From NCBI GenBank assembly GCA_030264375.1, contig JASCQW010000128.1:9446081-9510080 (forward strand): a DNA stretch of 64,000 nt. The letters run 5' to 3'. The notes beneath the pieces were generated by a model, which saw only the letters and a list, made by a program, of their open reading frames with translations, was not told the origin of the DNA and ran no database searches. The translations under genes and the position numbers were made by a program. Of the stretch, positions 11,036 through 22,303 are shown in pieces. The DNA is from Carcharhinus longimanus (lineage: Eukaryota). How positions within the stretch are numbered: the first letter of the stretch is position 1; each line of letters begins with the position of its first letter.

Positions 11036-12097
11036 TTAATGGGAAAGAAACAGTGAGACCAGTGACCAAAGTGTAAACGAGAGGACAAGAAAACAATCTG
11101 GAGCAAGTCCCCAGTCGTCAGGAGTCCTTTAGGAGAAGAAACGGTTGCCACGGCTACCATGAATCTTGGATCTGTCCAGCTCCGTGACAGTTACACCATC
11201 TGCCTCTTTTCCAGAAACTACCAGTGTCTGCTATGTAATCTTGTTACAAACAAGGCCTACAACGTAAAATAATTTATCTGAAAGCACTCACTTAGGTCCT
11301 GCCAAGAAGTTGTTTTCATCTCTGATCTTTTTAATTCCAGTGCCTACCTAATATCTATCAAATCTAGTGAATTGGTGCATACTCCGCAATTGGATTGAAT
11401 TTGATGTAACAGTAAACAAATTTTTTTGTGTGTTTATAATCCTGTATAGCAGCATCACGCTGGCAGTAGTAATAAGCCAAGTGCACTTTATTGTGTTCAG
11501 CTGAGTTTGTGGTTTTGAAACAATTTATGAAGAGAGATTGTTTTGTGGGGAATGTGGGTGATAAAATCCCACTCATCCTCTTTGAAGTTAAGAGCTTATT
11601 TTTATGGAGTCTCTTGGTTTTAAAAAAAACTATCTGATTACGTCTATTTGCACTTCCTGTTAATTTTCCTTTGATCAGACACGAGCCAGAAGCATCCAAT
11701 CACAAGTCCTATAAATGCAGGTTAATGTGCGCTGCAGATGTTGTGTGCGTTTCCAGAAGAATCTAAATTCTCAGCTTAAGTGCCTGTTTGTTTTTTAACC
11801 CATGCGCTAAAGTGTGGCTCTTGAGATAAAAGATTATGATTTCATTAAGTTGGAAACTGGTGAAAGCAACAATTAGGTAGAATCTTACCATCTGATTGTG
11901 TTTTCTGTAAACACAGCTTTGTAGATTTTTATGGGTCCCTGCGACTCAAACAGAAACACAGAGTTGGTTGCAGCATACAGATTCCCACACAGCATTGGGC
12001 AGTGTGTAGAGATTCTGGGCAGTGTGTAGCTGATTTGGAAATCGCACCAGTAACAGTGTCGTAAGTGACTGTGATCGATTTTACGAAGTGAGTATGG

Positions 12098-12394
12098 AGC
12101 GGCACAATAGCTAGCACTGCTGCCTCACAGCACCTGGGACCCCGGTTCAATTCCTGGCTTGGGTCACTGTCTGTGTGGAGTCTGTACATTCTCCCCATGG
12201 ATGGGTTTCCTCCGGGTGTTCCTGTTTCCTCCCTCAGTCCGAAAGTTGTGCTGGTTAGGCACATTGGCCGTGCTAAATTCTCCCTCAGTGTACCCAAACA
12301 GGTGCCGGAGTGTGGTGACCAGGGGGTTTTCACAGTAACTTCATTGCAGTGTTAATGTAAGCCTACTTGTGACATTCATAAATAAACTTAAACT
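12098..12394 (+). mobile_element. Full-length V-SINE, tail B
   Basis: tRNA-like head, V-domain, and tail ...ttttcacagtaacttcattgcagtgttaatgtaagcctacttgtgacattcataaataaacttaaact. Confidence 0.9.
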
Positions 12395-13394
12395 GAACAA
12401 AACTATTCTTCGCTTGCTGGTAATCTTTTGCTGGAGAAACTACTCTGATCAGGAGACGTTTCAGTCATGAATTACGTTTGCTGTGATTTGCAGGGATTCT
12501 TTAAGTAGACTCTGCAGAGTGTTTGCTGAAATGTCCTGTTTAAAACCACCTCTATGAGCTGAATTTTTCAGATGAAGTTCTGCCACTGGGGCTGAAAGCA
12601 GGAGGTGATTGTGCTCCGGTGGGCATGGGGCACTATGGCATCTTGTACCCTGCCTGGAGCTGTCAGCCCACCAGAGGATTGGCAGTTTTGGCATCACCAT
12701 CGCTGGTTGTGACTAGAGTTGGGCCTGCAGCTCCAGGATGGGGGCACCTCTGAAGAGCAGGTAGGTTCTTGTGGGGAAGCTGGAGCTGGGCAGGCAGGCC
12801 TAAGTGATCAGCTGGGGTCGGTGGGGGGGTCATATGCACCAGGTTTATCTAGCACCAGAATTTATCTAGCAATCTTCCTGCACAACAACAGCCTTCCCGG
12901 TGAAGGCAGAATGCATATGGAATTGGTCAGTAGCCCCTAATAGAACCCTCCCAGTTTACCCTCCATTACCAATGAGCTGGGAAAATTCACCTCTTGTTGA
13001 TTCAAATAGGCTTTGGTTCCTGTAAAATAAATTGCCATAAGAGCAGCCTTTCCCCCAGTTGATTGCATGACAACAGTATTAAGATAGCAAAGGGTCGCCA
13101 CACTGAGGCTGGTGTATCAAGAACAGCAGGTACAATTCAGTCTCCACTTTAAAGTCAAGCATTCTGCTTTTATCTTTTATATAATATTTTGATCTTTAAT
13201 CTATTCTTCATATTGAATTTGAAAAACTAAGGAAATCTGCAAAGCAAAAACTAATGAATTGTAGAACATGGGTTTCTCTACAGTATGCGTTGAGAGGTTT
13301 GGAAGATGCAAAACTGAAGTGTTCTGGTCCCATCTTTGTGGGGAGGGCATAATTAAAGCTTGACATGTTTTTATAGGCAGTTTATATTCTCTAA

Positions 13395-14127
13395 CAACAC
13401 TCAAGAAGCTCAACACCATTTCAGGACAAAGCAGCCCACTTGATTGGCAGCCCTTCCACAAACATTCACTCCCTCCACACCGCCGCTCAGTAGCAGCAGT
13501 GTATACCATCTACAAGATGCACTGCAGCAACTCACCAAGGTTCCTTTGACAGCACCTTGCAAACCTGGAACAAGAGCAACAAAGGCAGGGGCAAAAGTTC
13601 CCTCCAAGTTATAGACCACCCTGACGTGGAAGAATATCACTGCTCCTTCATCCTCACTGGGTCAAAATCCTGGAATTCCCTTCCTAACAGCAGTGTAGGT
13701 GCATTTGCACTACATGGACTGCGTGGCCTTTTGGCTAAGATCAAGTGTAATATTGACATGCTGTGCTTGGTTGAAGTCATTAGGTTACATTTTAGCTTCA
13801 TTTGAAGTCATTTTTAAAAGCGGCATCTCAGCCTTTTAGCTATGATGCAAATGAGATCAAGCCTTGGAGGAGAAGCTATACCTACTCCAATCAGCTTGGA
13901 TCATGTAGATCAAGCCCAAGACAGGAGGTGAGAGCCCTGTCTTGTCTGCTTTGATCAGGAATGTCTCAACTTGTTGGGACTCTGAATTGGACTCGATTTG
14001 ATTGAATTGGAATAAAAACAATGGACTGCATGGTTCAAGAAGATGGCTCAGCACCATCTTTTCAAGGGCAATAAGTGATGAGTAATAAATGCTGGCCTTA
14101 GGCACCTCCCAATAATGAATAAAAAGC
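13395..14127 (+). mobile_element. 3' part of CR1-clade LINE family B, host of the U2-headed insertion
   Basis: 13395-13722 and 14021-14127 are colinear with the reverse complement of 32465-32900 and 38135-38570. Confidence 0.8.
13723..14020 (+). mobile_element. U2 snRNA-headed retroposed element (candidate SINEU-like SINE or chimeric retrocopy)
   Basis: 13725-13753 matches U2 nt 11-39 at 28/29 (GGCCTTTTGGCTAAGATCAAGTGTAaTAT). A second U2-like copy lies at 13823-13846 (20/24). AATAAA is at 14011, and the TSD atggactgc is at 13714-13722 and 14021-14029. Confidence 0.8.
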
Positions 14128-14139
14128 ACAACACAAATT

Positions 14140-15085
14140 CAGCTTACAAAGTCACTGCTTAGGACAAGGACATTAAATCCACGGTCAAGCTTTTGGGAGA
14201 GGCAGAGGCTTTGAGCAAAATGGAGGTGAATCAATTGATAAATTTATATGGAATTACAGAATAGTTTTGATGTGTTAATTTTATTTAGAATGATATTTTG
14301 ATATGTTTCAAGTGAAGAGAGGAATATGACAAGGCTCTGAACTATCACCAAAATTATTCAATCTGTGCACAGAGCAAATATTCTGAGAATTAGATGTACT
14401 TCGGGGATATAAATATGGAGACAAAACCAGAATAAACTTACAGTACGCTGAGGACGCTGAACTACTTACATAATCAGATAAAATCCCTATCAAATATCAT
14501 AGATCAAGAAGAATTTTGAAGTTTAGAATATGAATTGAGTCCCAAAAAGACAAAAGCGATCATAATCAGAAGGAATAGATCAGAAGAGAGTGAAGATTGA
14601 AGTGGGTGGTGTCACACTGGAACAAGGAGAGGTATTTGTCTATTTAGGATGGTGGATGAGATGCCAAATTCAGAAGAAGGATCGAGATAGCTAGAAGTAA
14701 CGTTGTGAAGGACGTGTTAACAACAAGAAAGCTCAAGATTGTAACGAGGAAAAACAATTGTAAGCTGCTGCATTCGATCCTCTCTCCTGTCTGCCTCAGA
14801 ACCCAGGACAATAAATGAAGAAGAATATCAAGGTTTTTGAAATGTGGATGCTAAGATACGTGTTAAAAAACTCCATATACAGATCATAAGACAAGTGAAG
14901 AGGGGTGTGAAATTGCAAGAGGGAAAAGAACACAAAGAAGGGACATCCAGAGAAGGAAACATAAGTATTTTGGCCATTTGATCAGAGCTGAACAGCTACA
15001 CAAATCTCTTCCAGAGAGGAAAGTAGAGGACAGTAAGAAAGAGGGATGGTTCAGTGACATACGACACTGAGTAGTTGTAGATGGC
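14140..15085 (+). mobile_element. Degraded RTE-clade LINE (RT domain to 3' end)
   Basis: Decayed G.RQG..LSPKLFNL (14320-14365), INLQYAED (YADD motif, about 14430), and I.VFEMW.LR..LK plus YFGHLIR...GKVE C-terminal motifs. Confidence 0.75.
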
Positions 15086-15087
15086 TT

Positions 15088-17010
15088 ACATAGAAATATA
15101 GAAGATGGGAGCAGGAGGAGGCCATTCAGCCCTTTGAGCCTGCTCTGACATTCACTATGATCGTGGCTGATCATCCAACTCAATAGGCTGATCCCACCTT
15201 CTTCCCATATCCTTTCATTTCATTCACTCCAAGAGCTATATCAAACTGCTTCTTGAAAACATACAATGATTTGGCCTCAATTACTTTCTGTGGTAGCGAA
15301 TTCCACAGGCTAACCACTCTTTGGGTGAAGACATTTCTCCTCATTTCTGACCTAAATGGTATACCACGTACCCTCAGACTGTGACCCCCTGGTTCTAAAC
15401 ACCACTGGTCATTGGGAACATCCTTTCTGTATCTATCCTGTCTAATCCTGTTAGAATTTATGAGATCCCGTTCATTCTTCTGAACTCCAGACTGGTTCCT
15501 GGGATGGTCTCATAAGCCAGCCCAGGAATCAGGCTGGCACATCTTCTCTGCACTCCCTTCTAGAGCAAGAACATCCTTCCTCAGATAAGGAGACCAAAAT
15601 TGCATAAACTACTCCAGGTGTGGCCTCACCAAGTCTCTGTACCACTGCAGCAAGACATCCCTGCTCCTCTAACTTGAATCTTCTCACTATGAAGGCTGAC
15701 ATGCTCTTTTTTACTGCCTACAGCACCTACATGCTTATCTTCAGTGGCTGGCATACGAGGATACCCAGGTCTCATTGCACCTTCCCTTCTCCTAATTTAA
15801 GGCCATTCAGATAGTAATCTGCCATCCCGTTTTTGCGACCAAATTGGATAACCTCACGTTTATCCACATTATACTGCATCTGCCATTCACATGCCCACAC
15901 ACTCAGTCTGTCCAAATCATACTGAAGCATCTCCGCATCCTCCTCACAGCTCACCCTCCCACCCAATTTTGTGTCATTTGCAAATTTGGAGATATTACTT
16001 TTAGTTCCCTCATCTAAATCATTAATATACATAGTGATTAGCTGGGATCCTAGCACTGATCCCTATAGTACCCCATTAGTCACTTCCTACCATTCGGAAA
16101 AAGACCCATCTATTCCTACTCTTTGTTTCCTGTCTGCCAGCCATTTTTCTTTCCATCTCAATACACTTCTCCCAATTTAATTTTACATGTTAATCTCTTT
16201 CGACTTTGTTGAAAGTCTGCTGAAAGTCCAAATAAAGGACATCCACTGCTCCCTCTCATCAACTTCTCTAGTAACATCCTCAAAGAATTCCAGTAGATTT
16301 GTCAAGCATGATTTCTCTTTCACACATCATGCTAACTCTATGCAATTCTGCCGCTGTTTCCCAAATATTTTGCTATGTAACCTTTGATAATGAATTCTAT
16401 AATTTTACCCACTACTAACATCAGATTTACCGGTCTGTAATTCCCTGTTTTCTCTCTGCCTCTGTTTTTAAATAGTGGGGATACTGTAGCTACCACCCAA
16501 TCTGTCGGAACTGCTCCAGAGTCGATAGAATCTTGGAAGATGACCACCAATGCATCCACTATTTCTCAGGCCAATTCCTTAAGTACTCTGGGAAGTAGAT
16601 TATCAGGCCCCGGGGATGTATCAGCCTTCAAACTCATCAGTTTCCCCAATACCATTTCTGGACTTATCCTGATCTCCTTCAGTTCCTCCCTCTCTCTAAA
16701 CCCTGTATTCCCCTACGTTTCTGGTATGTTATTTGTGTCCTCCTTTGTGAAGGCAGAAACAAAATATGTATTCAGTTGTATTTCCTTGTTCTCCTATTTC
16801 TGACTGAGGGACCTACCAATCTTTTTCTCCTCACATACCTACAGAAATCTTTACAGTCAGTTTTTTCTGTTCCCTGTAAACTTACTCTCATATTCCATTT
16901 TCCCTTTCTTAATCAATCCCTTGGTCCTCCTTTGTTGAATTCTGTTCCCAATCCTCAGGTCTGTTGTTTTTTTTACTGGCCAGTTTGCTTGCATCTTCCT
17001 TGGATCTAAT
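15088..17010 (-). mobile_element. CR1/HER1-like LINE, about 1.9 kb of ORF2 and 3' UTR
   Basis: ORFs read VPTDW..ATVSPLFK..REKTGNYRPVNL and YINDLDEG..SNISKFANDTKLGG..DLDRL. 3' end is gggctgaatggcctcctcctgctcc...tttctatgt. Confidence 0.92.
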
Positions 17011-17012
17011 AT

Positions 17013-17192
17013 TAGTCCAAAGATGTGCAGGTTAGGTTGATTGGCCATACTAAGAAATTGCCCCTTAGTGTCTAGGGATGTGTAGGTTAGAGGGATTAGT
17101 GGGTATGATATGGGGGTAGGGCCTGGGTGGGATTGTGTTCGGTGCAGACTTGATGGGCCGAAGGGCCTCTTTCCCCACCGTAGGGTTCTACG
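17013..17192 (+). mobile_element. 5'-truncated V-SINE, tail A
   Basis: agtccaaagatgtgcaggttagg...ggtgcagacttgatgggccgaagggcct...gtagggttcta. Confidence 0.85.
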
Positions 17193-17479
17193 AAGTGGCT
17201 CAGGAGATTGAGAATGGTCTGTTTGGGTTAAATAGGAATTTACCACATTAGCCACCGAGTGAATTAATTAAGTCTTTCTTGTCAGATCATCAAGAAAGAA
17301 GACAGGAAGTCACGTTATTTATTGACGACCAAATTATAACTATCACTGTTACACTTTACACAGCATTGGGCTGCTGTGGCAAACTACATTTTTATAAGTG
17401 TGTTGTAGCCCGGAGCTATGGACAGTGATGGCAGAGGCTCCAACTTCCTTCCCAACACATGGCTGACCAGGAACATCTC

Positions 17480-17810
17480 CCCTTCTTACTGCGTAAACCA
17501 ACCCTAAGAGTACCTCACACCCGGTAACCAGGTTTCTGCCCACTAAGGAGAGGGAACTTTTCTCCCGCAAGCCCAGTTTCTGCTTCTTTTTGGCTCACAT
17601 CCCTGCCGCTCCGACCCATATCCCCAGGACCTTCAGGTAATCTGATCTGATGGTGAAAAGGGACAAAAGATTGTTCCACCCAGCTCTCAAAAAATGTGAC
17701 CTCGCCCTCGCCTCGGATTGCCCTGCCTCCCAAGGCCAGTTCGAAACTGGTCGCAGATGTTCAGGAGCATGCAAACTGACAACAGGTCGTTTCACAGAAC
17801 ACAGGGGTCT
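17480..17810 (-). mobile_element. Tx1/L1-clade LINE ORF2 fragment
   Basis: Frameshifted translation LLNICDQF/ELALG..AIRGEGEVTFFESW...FTIRSDYLKVLGIW...SLSLVGRNLV..CEVL..LVY resembles the post-RT region of Tx1-type elements. Confidence 0.65.
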
Positions 17811-20055
17811 GAGCATGCGCAATGGCGCCCTCTGCAGCTGACTGCTGGCCTCGCCCACTCCCCCTGCTGGCGGGAAACAGATTCAGCTTTTTTTTTTCAC
17901 TGAATGACGTAAGATTCAATCTCTAACTCATCACCCCCCCAAAAAAAAAAAGAACGGTTCTCTCCTGTTTTCACACTCATTTGGCACTTTGAATATTTTT
18001 AGCAAGATCGCCTCGCTCCGTGTTTAAGTCTAACCGTATGTAACTGCATTGAAGCACTGCAGAGTGCACCATGACAAATGTGTATAGTTTGTAAAGAATT
18101 GTACCCTCTATAACAAAAATATTGAAATGTTTGCAAAGTTCTCATTACTGAACTGAAGCATCTTGATCTACAAAGAAAAATGTGAATGTCATTGTACTTT
18201 CCTGTTGTAACTATTTGAAATGTTTTGTAATGTGTCTGTCAGATTATGTACGAATGAAGTATACTTTAGCAAAAAATAATCTCTCCCACTCTTTCTGCCT
18301 GCCATTGGTAGGTATTTGGACAAACTTGCAGGTTGAGACTCAACCTGTTTGACCGCATTATGAATGCGCTGTCCTTGACCATCAACTCCTGGCATGGGAC
18401 TTGAAGCCAGAGGTCAGGCTCAGAGGCAGAGGCATTATCCACTGCACCACAAGGTCTCCGAGTGATTGCTGCACTTAAATTCAAACACTGAGTATTCAAA
18501 CTAAAAATAATCCTGAATAGCCATAGATAGGGTTACTGGAAATTTGAATAATAGGTGGCATCTCAGGTCATCAAAATATCTAACAGAAGTTTAAAGGTAG
18601 TTTCTGTATCTTTGTACTTAAAGCATTATTGAATCTCTTGTTGTTAAATTATAGTAGAGATCAGTGCCTGCGATTATTGAAAATTGAGGAGATTAGACTG
18701 GAGAAAGCTCCTTAAGATAGCTGACCAGTTAATAGAATTACATTGCTGGACTATTGGACAGGTGAGATTCTATAGGTGTGCGCACAATGCTTGCAGCTTC
18801 TATATGATCTTGTCCTTATTTTTGCTTCCTCCCTGCCATTATTCTCCCCTGAATCTGGCTAAGTCAGGGGNNNNNNNNNNNNNNNNNNNNNNNNNNNNNN
18901 NNNNNNNNNNNNNNNNNNNNNNNNNNNNNNNNNNNNNNNNNNNNNNNNNNNNNNNNNNNNNNNNNNNNNNCTCATCCCCAAGGGGCCTCGCACAACTGGA
19001 TGTGTGAGGATGGCACACGATAGAGAGGTGTGAAATATCATGTGTGCTGATAGGAACAGCTATAATCAGCAGCAGAAAGTTTGGACACTGGGAGATTTAT
19101 TTTCAGAAACCATTTTTGAGAGATTTACAGGATTCTGCTGGCCAGATGGTGTAATCTGTGTGACAAGTTTACTTAAGCAATACTCATTAAAAATGTAGAC
19201 ATAGGCATTTATCTTAGGAAAAAGTTAATCCAAAATGTAACAACAGGAAGTTCATGCTGATATAAGATTAATAAGATATTTATCTATCAAGAACGGTAAA
19301 TTATTAAAATCCATGTATGCACCTTTTCTCGTGTGGAGTTTATAGTAAGGTTGAGGTGAGATGATGACTCCGTATTGTATTGGTTTATGGATGGTGGAGT
19401 TATTTACCAGAGGAAAACATGTTCCTGATGCAGCTCACGAAGAGTTTTGTTCCCTCTTTTGAAAGGTTCCAGTTGATGCTGCCACGTGATTTTGTAAGCG
19501 CTGGCAGTCCTCCAGCCCATATGGTTAATTTATCATGCGCGTGTCTCTGAGTAACGCGTGAATTTGAGATCCATTCCAGAATAATACAATCCTGCCCTCA
19601 TGTGCTCCTACACACTCTCCAGCAGCCCTCACTGGGTGATAACTAAGCTTGGTAACTCTGATTGACTGGCCCATTGTAATGTCCCCCACCAGTGTCTGAG
19701 CTGAGATCAGTCAACTCAAGCCTAGATATTGGGACAGGATTTTCCTGAGGGCTACTGTAGACCACCCCCAGGCTGAAATGTGGGTCAGAAGCTCTCGCTG
19801 CATGAATAACTCACTCATTGAACAGGATTTTCCAGTCCCCAGCACTCTCCTCTGGCAGATACAGCGAGCCATTGACAGCTGACGTGATCCCGCCAAAGTT
19901 TGCTGCCAAGAAACCCAATGATGGGGATCAAGTTTGGCGAAATGGAAAATCCCTTCAGCAGAAATGGCCAGAAAATTCCACCCATTGTGATTTTCTCCAG
20001 TGAGGCCAATTAATGGCCAGAGAGCATGCTCCTGGTCCAATTAAGAATGCTCCAT

Positions 20056-20216
20056 ATGAACATTAGGAGCAGGGCTCGGCCATTCTGCCCCTAGAGCCTG
20101 CCCCATCATTCAATAAGATCATGGCTGAATTAACTGTAAACTCAACTCCACATTCCCACCTACCCTGATGCCCTTTCAGCCTCTTGCTTACCCAGAATCT
20201 ATCTCACTTTGCCTTA
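20056..20216 (-). mobile_element. CR1 3' UTR fragment
   Basis: aggagcagggctcggccattctgcccctagagcctgccccatcattcaataagatcatggctga is the reverse complement of a CR1 terminus. Confidence 0.75.
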
Positions 20217-20382
20217 AAAACAAAGCAATCTTACCAAAAAAATTCTAAGTGCTGAACGAGAATGAAAACTGGAAAGAATTGCNNNNNNNNNNNNNNNNNN
20301 NNNNNNNNNNNNNNNNNNNNNNNNNNNNNNNNNNNNNNNNNNNNNNNNNNNNNNNNNNNNNNNNNNNNNNNNNNNNNNNNNN

Positions 20383-20474
20383 AAACACTCCCAGGACAGG
20401 TCCAGCACGGGGTTAGATACAGAGTAAAGCTCCCTCTACACTGTCCCCATCAAACACTCCCAGGAAAAGTACAG
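20383..20474. repeat. 69-bp satellite unit next to a gap (probably collapsed array)
   Basis: aaacactcccagga recurs at 20383 and 20452. I recall this unit as a common shark tandem repeat. Confidence 0.6.
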
Positions 20475-20475
20475 T

Positions 20476-20852
20476 TTTTAAAAATTATTTGTTCATGGGA
20501 TATGTGTGTCACTGGTAAGGCCAACATTTGTTGCCCATCCCTAATTGCCCTTGAACAACATGGCTTCTACAACCATTTCAATTAAAAGTCAACCCACATT
20601 GCTGAGACGCTGGAGTCAGGTGTACGCCAGACCAGGTAAGGACAGCAGATTTCCTTCCTTAAAGGACGTTAGTGACCCAGATGGATTTTTACAACAGTCG
20701 ACAATGGTTTCACAATCATCAGTAGACTTTTAATTCCAGAATGTTATTGAACTCAAATTTCATCAATTTCCATGGTGGGATTGAAACCTGGGTCCCAGAG
20801 TATTACCCTGCATCTCTAGATTACTAGCTCAGTGATAATATCACTGCCTCCC
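20476..20852 (-). mobile_element. tRNA-derived SINE (family C) with tail matching CR1-clade family B
   Basis: Minus strand has an A-box-like ggcagtgatattatcac, B-box-like ggtttcaatccc, and tail aagggcaattagggatgggcaacaaatgttggcc...cccatgaacaaataa. Confidence 0.65.
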
Positions 20853-21600
20853 CTTCAAGTACAGGTCATTTTATGAGATAGAGGGACACAATAAAGCATC
20901 CAGTCCATTCCTCCCCTTTGCAATCCAGCTTCCCCCGACTCAAAATGAAACCCAATATTCCCTATTCATTGTGATCAGGATTCAGACCCATGCATCAGTT
21001 CTGTAGTGATTTACTCTGCTTTCTCGCTGTTGAAGATACACTCCAATTCATGGACTCTCAGCCTGACTTCCCCTTCTTGTAGCTTCCTGCTCTCACTGAC
21101 ACTCTTTGCTGTGTTTCCAGATTAACTGCCATTTAGCAACTTCCCTACATTTCTGGTTAAAAGTTCAGTACAGTAAGCTGGGAATGCCATTTATTACATC
21201 CCAGCTCCACTGCTTCCCTTTCAACCCATCAGTGCCAGTTCAGTATGTCCCCATTGTGCAGAACCTCACCTAGCTTCTCTGGCAATCCATATATGTAGCA
21301 TTCTATCTACTCTGTTACTGAGCACCATGGTCCTTCTAGATTAGCCATGGGGAAACCTTCCAGCCAAAGGGTAACTGGATTATGGACTGAGTTCCCTGGG
21401 GCAAAGAAAGAAAAGGAGTTGGATTTACATTTATATAACAACTTCTTCTTCTTATAATAGCCCTGAATGCGATAAAACATCCCTAGGTATTTCACAAGAG
21501 TATTGTAAAAGAAGTTTGGTACCAAGCTACCTAAGGGGACATTAGCTTGGTCAATGGGATAGGCTTTAACAAGTGTCCTTGTAGGAGGAAAACGAGTGTA

Positions 21601-21851
21601 GTTTAATTATCAGTGTCACAAGTAGGCTGCAATGAAGTTACTGTGAAAATCCCCTAGTTCCCACCCTCTGGCGCCTATTTGGGTACGTTGAGGGAGAATT
21701 TAGCACGGCAATGCACTTAACCAGCATGTCTATCGGACTGTGGGGAGAAATTGGAGCACCCGGAGGAAACCCACGCAGACACGGGGAGAACTTGCAAACA
21801 CCACACAAACAATGACCCAAGTTGGGAATTGAACCCGGGTCCCTGGCACTG
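21601..21851 (-). mobile_element. V-SINE tail B lacking the A box, abutting a Rex1 tail
   Basis: Reverse complement of B box, V-domain and tail B. Junction is ccctggcactg|atttgattt. Confidence 0.85.
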
Positions 21852-22303
21852 ATTTGATTTTGATTTATTATTGTCACATGCATTCGTATACAGTGAAAAG
21901 TATTGTTTCTTGCGCGCTATACAGAGAGAGCATATCAAACCTAGAGAAGGAGAGGAGAGAGTGCAGAACATAGTCATAGCTAGGACGTTGAAAAAGTTCA
22001 GATTAATATCAGGTAGACCCATTCAAAAGTCTGATGACAGCAGGGAAGAAGCTATTCTTGAGTTGGTTGGTAAGTGATCTCAGACTTTTATATCTTTTTC
22101 CCGACAGAAGAAGGTGGAAGAGAGAATATTCGGGTTGCGTAGTATTCTTGATTATGCTGGTTGCTTTTCCGAGGCAGTGGAGAATGTGGACGGAGTCAAT
22201 GGATGGGAGGCTGGTTTGTGTGATGGACTGGGCTTTGTTCAGTTTCTTCTGGTCTTGGGCAGAGCAGCAGCCATTCCAAGTTATGATACAACCAGAAAGA
22301 ATG
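21852..22303 (-). mobile_element. Rex1/Babar LINE 3' fragment
   Basis: (atttg)n tail and homology to 60719-61190. Confidence 0.85.

Noticed and set aside
13725-13753. Functional U2 snRNA gene
   Set aside because: Only nt 11-39 are present, there is no Sm site or 3' stem-loops, and it sits inside a TSD-flanked insertion.
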